NCBI GenBank assembly: GCA_019359435.1
Contig: JAHHHI010000097.1
Coordinates: 1 to 32,000, forward strand
Source: Kaiparowitsia implicata GSE-PSE-MK54-09C
Lineage (GTDB): Bacteria; Cyanobacteriota; Cyanobacteriia; Elainellales; Elainellaceae
Direction: 5' to 3'
DNA: 32,000 bases
The position numbers and the translations under genes are program-made. This document shows, one piece after another, positions 16,251 through 24,032 of the stretch; position 1 is the first letter of the stretch; the number at the start of each line of letters is the position of its first letter. The notes below the pieces were generated by a model, which was not told the origin of the DNA, did not search any database, and saw only the letters and a program-made list of their open reading frames with translations.

Positions 16251-16464
16251 TTTGGGTGTGGAGGGCGTCAGACTGGGCGCTGGCAAGACCGCTCGGCTCG
16301 GAGCAGATGGGAGACCGGATCGATTTCTGGGATAAGGGCGTACTCAGAAAAACTGGATTTGGGTTGAGGGGTGACCTGTGAGGGTCTACTGTCTTTGATG
16401 GCTCTGCGCATTCAGAGTGAGAGCGTATGCCGAAGTTAGGTTCAAATTAGGTAGAACTCACGCA

Positions 16465-16509
16465 GTTGGCTGACGTTGGGAGAGCTAAGCTTCCCGAACG
16501 TCAGCCAAC
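16465..16509. terminator. Long stem-loop downstream of the vanX-like gene
   Basis: GTTGGCTGACGTT (16465-16477) pairs perfectly with AACGTCAGCCAAC (16497-16509). The stem extends by GGGA/TCCC with one bulge. It lies 63 nt after the minus-strand stop at 16572. There is no strong U-tract. Confidence 0.45.
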
Positions 16510-16571
16510 ATTGTTAGGATGCGACACCAAGTGCGTTAGTCCTGTTCAGGGCGTCATCTCTGTGCTCACGG

Positions 16572-17303
16572 TTAATCCAGCACGGCACCATATCGGGCCA
16601 CTACCATGGTGTCCATGGTGTCTTTGGTTTTGAGCCAGGCCCACAGTTGGTCACCATAGGAGAAATGCCACCACTCGTGGGGGTGGCGGCAGAAGTCGGC
16701 GGTGGTCATGGCCCAGTGCAGCAGGGTGCGGTGGCGGTGATAGGTGGCGGCGGTGTGGCAGTAGCGGGGGCTTTTGGGGTTGATGCGATCGCCATAATAG
16801 TTAGGGTGCGATCGCTCTGAGAGTTCATCAATATCACCGCCCATTGCCACGGGCTGGCCGCTGGCGTCCACTAAGGTGACATCTACGGCGGCCCCAGTGC
16901 TGTGGGGCGGCGGGGTGGTGGGGTCGGGGTTGGGCACGGCCCAAAATTGATAGACTTCGTTCAGCAGCGTTTGATGTTGATGCTGATCTAGTCGGTGCAC
17001 ATCGAGCCCCCTTGCCAGCGCCAGCTCCCTTAGGGTGTAATTCACCATGAAATGCTGCACCGCAACGGGACGATAGCCGTCAAAAATTTGGATCTTCCAC
17101 CCGGGTTGACGGGCCTGCAATCGGTTTTGGGCGAGCCGCAGCCGCTGCACGACATCTTTTCGCAGCAGGTAGGGCGAGGCGTTGCCGTAGGGTGCCCCAA
17201 GGCTGGCATAGGGATGAGCTAGCGGCACTGCGAACTGCTCAAGGGGGATTGAGCATAACGGCTCATTGCACTCAAGGATTGGAACCTGGTGATACGGTTT
17301 CAT
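16572..17303 (-). CDS. D-alanyl-D-alanine dipeptidase (VanX/DdpX-like, M15 family)
   Basis: 243 aa with FDGYRPVAVQ, the Zn-ligand motif HSTGAAVDVTL and EWWHFSY. These match the VanX-type pattern. Confidence 0.85.
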   Translation of the reverse strand: MKPYHQVPILECNEPLCSIPLEQFAVPLAHPYASLGAPYGNASPYLLRKDVVQRLRLAQNRLQARQPGWKIQIFDGYRPVAVQHFMVNYTLRELALARGLDVHRLDQHQHQTLLNEVYQFWAVPNPDPTTPPPHSTGAAVDVTLVDASGQPVAMGGDIDELSERSHPNYYGDRINPKSPRYCHTAATYHRHRTLLHWAMTTADFCRHPHEWWHFSYGDQLWAWLKTKDTMDTMVVARYGAVLD

Positions 17304-17609
17304 AGGAGTTTACGGAAATGACGAGTTCAGGAATAGCGGTCGAGCATTCTCATTGAGATGGCAAAGCCAAACGCTCTAGCCTCTGACTCGGGATCTCGTC
17401 GTAGGCCCATCAGATCTGAATGACAGAACTTGTTGCTTGAGTGAGCTAGGGTGCTCCCATTAAGCATCGGATTCAAGCGATTAAAAATTGCTGTCGATAC
17501 TGATTAGATTCCTGTCGGATTCCTGTCAGACACTAGCGCGTCGCGCGACCGTTTTTGATCATTCAGCGATCGCTCCGTGTCATCAGGATAATTTCGTAGA
17601 GCGATCGCC

Positions 17610-18539
17610 CTATCGCAAATCACTCGGCGAGACCCCATAGGCGCGCTGGGCTGCATCAATGGCCTGCTGCACCAGCGGCGACATCACCCCATCCAGCGGG
17701 CCAGTATAAAAGCCCATGCTGCGAAGCTGCTGTTGCAATTGCAAGACATCGCCTTGCTCCGTGGCAGGGAACTGCGAGCTAGGCTGCGCCGTGGGATAGG
17801 ACTCGAGGGTGGGCAAGCCCTGCGCCTCGATCGACGGGGAGACCGGCGGCGGCACCGAGACAGTGGGCGCGGGGAAGCCCGTTTCTACTGGGGCGGGTGC
17901 AAATGGGGCTGTTTGCACGGTGGCGGCCTGAGCCGAGCTTGAGGGCGCAGCCGTGCTGGGATTGCGGAGTGCTGCCAGGGTGGATGCTCCCGCTAGTCCA
18001 TCGGGGGCAAGCCCTTGCGCCGCCTGAAACGCAATCACCGCCGCTTCGGTTTGCGGGCCAAATACGCCGTCTGGAGCGCCAGCGTCATAGCCCAGGGCAT
18101 TGAGCTGGGTTTGCAGCGTTGCCACGGTATCCCCCACGTCGCCCTGTTGCCAGTAGCCGCGCTGCTCGGGCGATAGAGTCTCGTCAGCGCCAGACGGCTG
18201 CAATGCAACCCAAGTTTGACCACCCACAATGCCATCGGCCAAGAGTCCTTGGTCTTGCTGAAAGCGCACCACGGCGTCTTCTGTCAGCGTGCCAAAGTAA
18301 CCCGTCACAGGGCCGTCGAAATAGCCTAAGTCTGCTAACCGCGTTTGCACGTCGGTGACGGCATCGCCGCTATCTTCGAGTTGCAGGGTGGGGGCGTCAA
18401 CGCGCTGACTGAGCAGCAGCGGCGGCTCGGTGAAGCGGGAAGCCAGAACAGGCGCAGAAACACTGAAGAAGGTCGTGGCGGCGATCGCACCCGTGGCGAT
18501 CGCCAACCGCACGTCACGTGAGTTAAAAGGTCTAGCCAT
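17610..18539 (-). CDS. Secreted protein with three peptidoglycan-binding (PG_binding_1) repeats
   Basis: I chose the start at ATG 18539 (MARPFNSRDVRLAIATGAIAATTFFSVSAPVLA, signal-like). There are three repeats of the G-D-x-V-x-x-LQ-x-x-L-x-x-LGY...DG-x-FG-x-x-T-x-x-AV-x-x-FQ type. A Pro/Ala-rich linker separates repeats 2 and 3. Confidence 0.8.
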   Translation of the reverse strand: MARPFNSRDVRLAIATGAIAATTFFSVSAPVLASRFTEPPLLLSQRVDAPTLQLEDSGDAVTDVQTRLADLGYFDGPVTGYFGTLTEDAVVRFQQDQGLLADGIVGGQTWVALQPSGADETLSPEQRGYWQQGDVGDTVATLQTQLNALGYDAGAPDGVFGPQTEAAVIAFQAAQGLAPDGLAGASTLAALRNPSTAAPSSSAQAATVQTAPFAPAPVETGFPAPTVSVPPPVSPSIEAQGLPTLESYPTAQPSSQFPATEQGDVLQLQQQLRSMGFYTGPLDGVMSPLVQQAIDAAQRAYGVSPSDLR

Positions 18540-18890
18540 AATAATTGCCGGGTAACTGCTGAAGGAGTGGCTGCCAAGACCAGCAGCACAACGCGGAACC
18601 GTAATGGCTTGACATTTTAGAAGATCTTTTGCCAGAGGTATCACTTATTTTGCTGCTCGGCACAAGATGGGGGGGGATCACCCCCACCCGCCACGCTAGC
18701 CGTGGCGCTCTGTCGGCAAGCCTCAACCGCTCTGCGGTAACGGAGTCGGGATCGATAAGCTGAGCCAATTAGTAGAATTGCTTATCGAAACTTTACAAAC
18801 CCCCCGTAGTGCAGGCGATAATAGAGGAGATGTGAACCCCCTCACACTCAAACGATTCAAATCCTGTATGAATGACACGGAGGTGCGGCC

Positions 18891-20609
18891 ATGGTCGTAG
18901 CAGCAGAACGTAAACAAGCTCGACTCACGTTACAAACGTTAGAGGTTGCAGCAGAGACCACCGCCATCCGATCGCTCGATTGGGATCGGGATCGCTTTGA
19001 CATTGAGTTTCCGCTCGAAAACGGGACGACCTACAACTCATTTTTGATTCGCGGCGAGAAGGTAGCGCTGGTTGATACCGCTCACGAAAAGTTTCGCCAC
19101 CTCTATCTGGATTGCCTGACTGGGTTGATTGATCCCCAGTCGATCGATTATTTAGTAATCAGCCATACTGAGCCTGACCACAGCGGTTTAGTTAAGGATG
19201 TGCTGGAGCTAAATCCTGATATCACGGTTGTGGGCGCAAAGATTGCGCTGCAATTCTTAGACGAATTAGTGCATCGCCCTTATTCGCGCCGGGTGGTGAA
19301 GCAGGGCGATCGCCTCGACTTGGGCAAGGGGCACGAGTTAGAGTTTATCTCTGCGCCCAACCTGCACTGGCCCGACACCATCTTTACCTACGACCACGGC
19401 ACTCAGGTGCTCTACACCTGCGATGCCTTTGGGATGCACTTTTGCGACAACCACAGCTACGACCTGGATCTGCCCGTCATTGAAGCAGACTATCGGATCT
19501 ACTACGACTGCCTGATGGGGCCTAACGCCCGCTCGGTGCTATCAGCGCTGAAGCGACTGTCGAACCTGCCGCAGATTGATCTAGTTGCCACGGGCCATGG
19601 GCCGCTGCTGCGCCACAATATCGAGGAGTTGATGGGGCGCTACCGCGATTGGAGCACCGCCAAGGCCAAAGCAGAAACCCTAGTAGCGCTGTTTTATGCG
19701 GCTGACTATGGCAACAGCACGGCGCTGGCGGAGGCGATCGCCCGAGGCATTGCCAAAACCGGAGTGGCGGTGGAAATGGTTGACCTGCTCATTGCCGATC
19801 CCCAAGAGGTTCGGGTGCTCGTGGATATTGCAGCGGGCTTGGTCATTGGGATGCCGCCGCAATTCTCTAAAGAAATTCAGGCATTGCTCAGCACCATTCT
19901 GGCAACCAGCCATGCCAAGCAGGCGGTGGGCCTGTTCGAGAGCGGAGGTGAGGATGACGAATCGGTCTATCCCCTGCGCAACAAGTTTCAAGAAATCGGT
20001 GCGACGGAATCGTTTGCTCCCATTTTGCTGAAGGAAGCGCCCACGGATGCGCTGTACCAACTGTGTGAAGAAGCGGGTACTGACTTGGGCCAATGGCTGA
20101 CGCGCGATCGCACCGTCAAGCACATGAAGTCCCTGAATACGGATTTGGACAAAGCGCTGGGGCGGCTGAGCGGTGGGCTTTACATTATCACAGCGAAAAA
20201 AGGCGATGTGGCTAGCGCCATGTTGGCCTCTTGGGTGTCGCAGGCCAGCATGGAGCCCTTGGGCATTAGCATTGCCGTCGCCAAGGACCGCGCCATTGAG
20301 TCGCTGATGCATGTGGGCGATCGCTTCGTTCTCAATGTGTTGGAGGAAGGCAACTATCAAAGCCTGATGCGGCACTTCCTCAAGCGCTTTCCTCCTGGGG
20401 CAGACCGCTTTGCGGGCATCAAAACCTACCCCGCCACCCACGGGTCGCCGATTCTGGCCGATGCCCTCGCATATTTGGAATGTGAAGTGGTGAGCCGCAT
20501 GGAGTGCTCGGATCACTATGTGGTCTATAGCACGGTGGATACGGGGCGCGTCTCTAAGCCCGACTCGCTCACGGCTGTTCACCATCGCAAAGTGGGGAAC
20601 CATTACTAA
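18891..20609 (+). CDS. Class-C flavodiiron protein with canonical di-iron ligands (Flv3/Flv4 type)
   Basis: 572 aa. The metallo-beta-lactamase-like domain has ISHTEPDHSG (H-x-E-x-D-H), NLHWPD, CDAFG and TGHGP. A flavodoxin-like domain and a C-terminal flavin-reductase domain (LSGGLYIITAKKGD...) follow. GGAGGTG lies upstream of the ATG. Confidence 0.92.
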   Translation: MVVAAERKQARLTLQTLEVAAETTAIRSLDWDRDRFDIEFPLENGTTYNSFLIRGEKVALVDTAHEKFRHLYLDCLTGLIDPQSIDYLVISHTEPDHSGLVKDVLELNPDITVVGAKIALQFLDELVHRPYSRRVVKQGDRLDLGKGHELEFISAPNLHWPDTIFTYDHGTQVLYTCDAFGMHFCDNHSYDLDLPVIEADYRIYYDCLMGPNARSVLSALKRLSNLPQIDLVATGHGPLLRHNIEELMGRYRDWSTAKAKAETLVALFYAADYGNSTALAEAIARGIAKTGVAVEMVDLLIADPQEVRVLVDIAAGLVIGMPPQFSKEIQALLSTILATSHAKQAVGLFESGGEDDESVYPLRNKFQEIGATESFAPILLKEAPTDALYQLCEEAGTDLGQWLTRDRTVKHMKSLNTDLDKALGRLSGGLYIITAKKGDVASAMLASWVSQASMEPLGISIAVAKDRAIESLMHVGDRFVLNVLEEGNYQSLMRHFLKRFPPGADRFAGIKTYPATHGSPILADALAYLECEVVSRMECSDHYVVYSTVDTGRVSKPDSLTAVHHRKVGNHY

Positions 20610-20813
20610 CCCTTACTGATCGGTGGGGCGATCGCCCCGCTCGACCCGAACTCCGATACACTCCGATCAGAGATAGCGGAGATTCCTCAATACTTGGATC
20701 ATCAGCATAGCGGGATTATGGATAGAGTTGATGGTGGGCTGTGGCTAGGGCCTGGTTCCGGGGTCGGCTACAGTCTTGCTTAGGGGTTGGCGCATGTTCT
20801 AGAGGTTTTCCTG

Positions 20814-21398
20814 ATGACGGTTCTCACCCTCAATCTTGGCAAAGCGCTGAACCTGACCGACGAGCAGTTTGCTCAGTTGGCCGCTGCCAACCCAGAAGTG
20901 CGACTAGAACGCGCTGCAAATGGAGCACTCGTATTCATGCCCCCGACCGGTGGCACCAGCGGTCAACGCAATTTAGACCTAGAAGGCCAAATCTGGAGCT
21001 GGAACCGCACAGTCCAGCTGGGTGTAGCCTTTGATTCGTCTACCGGATTCAAACTGCCCAACGGCGCAACCCGCTCGCCCGATGTGGCGTGGGTGCGTCT
21101 CGATCGGTGGGAGTCGCTCACCCGCGACCAGCGGCGGCGGTTTCCGCCCCTTTGCCCCGACTTTGTGGTAGAACTATGCTCTGAAACGGATGATCTAGAC
21201 GACCTGCGCCTTAAGATGCAGGAATATGTCGCCAATGGCGTGCAATTAGGTTGGTTGATCGAGCCCAAAACCCAGCTAATTGAGGTTTACTGGGCAAACG
21301 GAACTGTAGACGCGGTGCGATCGCCCACCCAGCTTTCGGCTGACCCAGTGCTGCCCGGCTTCGAGCTAGACTTGCAGGTGATTTTTGCGCCCGACTAA
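20814..21398 (+). CDS. Uma2-family (DUF820) endonuclease
   Basis: I chose the start at ATG 20814 (MTVLTLNLGKALNLTDEQFAQLAAANPEVRLERAANGALVFMPPTG...). RSPDVAWV and PDFVVELCSETD form a PD-(D/E)xK-like core, and the protein ends ...LPGFELDLQVIF. This is typical of the cyanobacterial Uma2 family. Confidence 0.85.
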   Translation: MTVLTLNLGKALNLTDEQFAQLAAANPEVRLERAANGALVFMPPTGGTSGQRNLDLEGQIWSWNRTVQLGVAFDSSTGFKLPNGATRSPDVAWVRLDRWESLTRDQRRRFPPLCPDFVVELCSETDDLDDLRLKMQEYVANGVQLGWLIEPKTQLIEVYWANGTVDAVRSPTQLSADPVLPGFELDLQVIFAPD

Positions 21399-21448
21399 AT
21401 GACGCCGCTGTCGCGCCGTTGCCTTCTGCCCTTCATAGGTGTTTGGTT

Positions 21449-23182
21449 ATGACTCAGACTCACGCTCGCGATGTTCAGGTCGCTGAGATTGGCCCCGATT
21501 CTCTGGTGCTGCGATCGCGCACGTTTGATCGGCTCAAGTTTGAGGTAGAGTATGGCAAGCAAAAGGGCACCACGGCCAACGCTTACCTGATTCAGGCAGA
21601 CGACACGGCGCTGATCGATCCGCCGGGTGAGTCGTTTACCGAATTTTTTATTGAAGAATTGGCCACTCACGTCTATCTGCAAACGATTGACTACGTGATT
21701 TTGGGGCATATCAACCCCAATCGCTGCGCCACCCTCAAAGCGCTGCTGAATCCTGAAATCGCCTCACAAATTACCTTTGTCTGCACCCGCGCTGCCGAAG
21801 TGGTGCTCACCACGGCCTTTCCCAACTACCCCCTGCGCATTTTGGTGGTGAATGCAGAGGACACGCTGGCTCTGGGGCAGGGCCACACCCTGCAATTTGT
21901 GCCCACCCCCACTCCGCGCCACCCCGACGCGCTGTGCACCTATGACCCAGCTAGCCAGATCCTTTACACCGATAAGCTGTTTGGGGCACATATTTGCGAC
22001 GCGCCAGTGTTTGACGAGCAGTGGCGCGACTTGCAGGGCGATCGCCGCTATTATTTTGATTGCCTGCACGCCGCCCAGGCCAAACAGGTTGAGGCTGCCC
22101 TTGATCGCCTCCAGCCGGTGGCCGAGCAGATGCGGATTTTAGCGCCCACCCACGGCCCGCTGGCTCGCTACAGCGCGAGTCGTCTGATGTTTGACTATCG
22201 CTGCTGGTGTGAAGAGCAACGCTCCCAAAGCTTTAGCACGACGCTGCTGTTTGCCTCGGCCTATGGCAACACCGCCGCGATGGCAGGGGCGATCGCCCGA
22301 GGGCTAACCCAAGCCGGGGTTTCAGTCGCCTCGATCAACTGCGAGTTCACCGACCCCGCAGATATCACCGCTGCCGTGGAAAAGAGTGACGGATTTATCA
22401 TCGGCTCTCCGACGCTGGCGGGTCATGCGCCCACGCAAATTCAGACGGCGCTGGGGCTGGTGCTCTCTACCGCGCCCAAAACTCAGCTGGCGGGGGTGTT
22501 TGGCTCCTACGGCTGGAGTGGCGAAGCGGTGGATATGCTGGAGCGCAAGCTGCAAGACGCAGGCTATACCTTTGGCTTTGACCCGCTGCGGGTGAAGTTT
22601 AAGCCCACGGACGAGGTGCTGCATGAGTGCGAGGCAGCCGGAGCCAGCTTTGCCCAAGCGCTCAAAAAAGTCAGCAAAACTCGCACCGCTCGGCAACCTG
22701 TGCTCAGTGCCCAAACCGACCGCACTGAGCAGGCCGTCGCGCGCATCTCAGGCTCGCTCTGCATCCTCACCGCCAAAATCGACGGAATGGATATTGGCAT
22801 CCTCACCTCTTGGGTATCGCAGGCTACCTTCAATCCCCCTGGTCTAACCCTTGCCTTAGCGGCCGACCAAGCCGAGTCGCTCTTGCCGCAAAACGGCGAT
22901 CGCTTCGTCCTGAATGTGCTCAAAGAAGGGCAAGGTCTGCGCCGCCACTTTCTTAAGCCCATGCAGCCGGGAGAGGATCGCTTTGTGGGCTTGGCGACTC
23001 ATCCTGCCTCCAACGGGTGCGCTGTGTTGGATGAGGCGCTAGCCGCGTTGGAGTGTCGCATTGAGAACCGCATGAAATGCCACGATCACTGGCTGATCTA
23101 TGCCACCGTCGATACCGGCAAAGTGTTGCAATCGGTCGGGGTGACTGCGGTGCAACATCGCAAATCCAGCAGCTACTTCTAG
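21449..23182 (+). CDS. Class-C flavodiiron protein with substituted di-iron ligands (Flv1/Flv2 type)
   Basis: I chose the start at ATG 21449 (MTQTHARDVQV...). It has the same three-domain layout as the upstream flv gene. The H-x-E-x-D-H motif is replaced by LGHINPNRCA, and CDAFG is replaced by TDKLFG. The PRHPD and THGP histidines are retained. Confidence 0.9.
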   Translation: MTQTHARDVQVAEIGPDSLVLRSRTFDRLKFEVEYGKQKGTTANAYLIQADDTALIDPPGESFTEFFIEELATHVYLQTIDYVILGHINPNRCATLKALLNPEIASQITFVCTRAAEVVLTTAFPNYPLRILVVNAEDTLALGQGHTLQFVPTPTPRHPDALCTYDPASQILYTDKLFGAHICDAPVFDEQWRDLQGDRRYYFDCLHAAQAKQVEAALDRLQPVAEQMRILAPTHGPLARYSASRLMFDYRCWCEEQRSQSFSTTLLFASAYGNTAAMAGAIARGLTQAGVSVASINCEFTDPADITAAVEKSDGFIIGSPTLAGHAPTQIQTALGLVLSTAPKTQLAGVFGSYGWSGEAVDMLERKLQDAGYTFGFDPLRVKFKPTDEVLHECEAAGASFAQALKKVSKTRTARQPVLSAQTDRTEQAVARISGSLCILTAKIDGMDIGILTSWVSQATFNPPGLTLALAADQAESLLPQNGDRFVLNVLKEGQGLRRHFLKPMQPGEDRFVGLATHPASNGCAVLDEALAALECRIENRMKCHDHWLIYATVDTGKVLQSVGVTAVQHRKSSSYF

Positions 23183-23321
23183 CGCTGATTCTCACAAGAG
23201 CGGACGAGGTCTGGGTCGTGTTGTAGACATGTGGATGATAATTCTGAATGCCCTAAGCCTTAAGCAGTTTAGCAACCCTGACCACAGGTCTAGAACATCA
23301 CCCGAGGTCTGCTTGCCGGTG

Positions 23322-23897
23322 CTAGTTTTTCCAAACTGCAAACACATAGCCAAAATAAAGCGTGTAGGTCACTCCGACCAAGCCGATCATGGCTCGCCCC
23401 GCCCACGACTGATACCCCTGAAATAGCACCCAGCAGCTTGCCACTACAGCCAGAATTTCAATCACAGAAAAAATATTGCCGTAGTGGTTTGAGTCCCAGT
23501 AAGACACAGGGCTCTCGAACCGCCAGTTCGAGAAGGGGAAAAAATGACGATGTCCATCGTCATGATGAACGGGCAAGTCACCTGCGATATGGAGCACCAT
23601 GCTTAGGCAGAGCAGAATGCCGAACTGAGACCGCTGCCAGTAGGCGATCGCCAACGCTAGCCCAATTAGCGGCAGTGAGTTAAATACATCAATAAAATTT
23701 TGCCAGTGCGGCTGATAATAGCCCACGCGCCAGATCCAGGCTTCGGGCATGTTGCGAATGACTTTCTCGTAAAAGTAAAAGATAAATATCGGTGCATCTG
23801 GCAAAATTGCCCCGATCACCACAGGCGACAGCACCACCGCCGTATCCTGTCGTCCAAGGCCAAGCAGATTAATCACAACATGGGCCGGGGTGTTCAT
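23322..23897 (-). CDS. Hypothetical integral membrane protein with a His-rich motif
   Basis: 191 aa with about 5 hydrophobic segments and the motif HIAGDLPVHHDDGHRHFFPF. It may belong to the membrane-bound metal-dependent hydrolase type, but I cannot confirm the family. Confidence 0.6.
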   Translation of the reverse strand: MNTPAHVVINLLGLGRQDTAVVLSPVVIGAILPDAPIFIFYFYEKVIRNMPEAWIWRVGYYQPHWQNFIDVFNSLPLIGLALAIAYWQRSQFGILLCLSMVLHIAGDLPVHHDDGHRHFFPFSNWRFESPVSYWDSNHYGNIFSVIEILAVVASCWVLFQGYQSWAGRAMIGLVGVTYTLYFGYVFAVWKN

Positions 23898-24032
23898 AGC
23901 AGGAACTCAAGGGAACCGGTAGGGCGATCGCTCTTCATCATACGCCAAGTCAATAGGCCAGGTCGCCGCAGCCTGAAGCGTCTGCGGGTTGCTTGAGGTA
24001 ATCGCAATTAGCGGTTGCAGTCATCACCTTGC

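Noticed and set aside
16436-16450. tRNA T-loop-like string GGTTCAAAT (and GATTCAAATCC near 18855)
   Set aside because: The flanking bases do not form a T-stem, and no acceptor or anticodon arms can be drawn. This is not a tRNA.
17540-17556. Perfect 10-bp palindrome GTCGCGCGAC followed by T5
   Set aside because: It cannot form a hairpin with a viable loop, and there is no upstream plus-strand gene to terminate. It is probably chance in GC-rich DNA.
19680-20603. 307-aa minus-strand ORF opposite the first flavodiiron gene, with similar ORFs opposite the second (21764-22962)
   Set aside because: The plus-strand frames carry complete Flv domain motifs. The antisense translations are featureless.
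20625-20638. GGGGCGATCGCCCC palindrome after the first flv gene as a terminator
   Set aside because: It is a HIP1-centred palindrome with a very short stem, essentially no loop and no U-tract. HIP1 palindromes are ubiquitous here, so it carries little specific signal.
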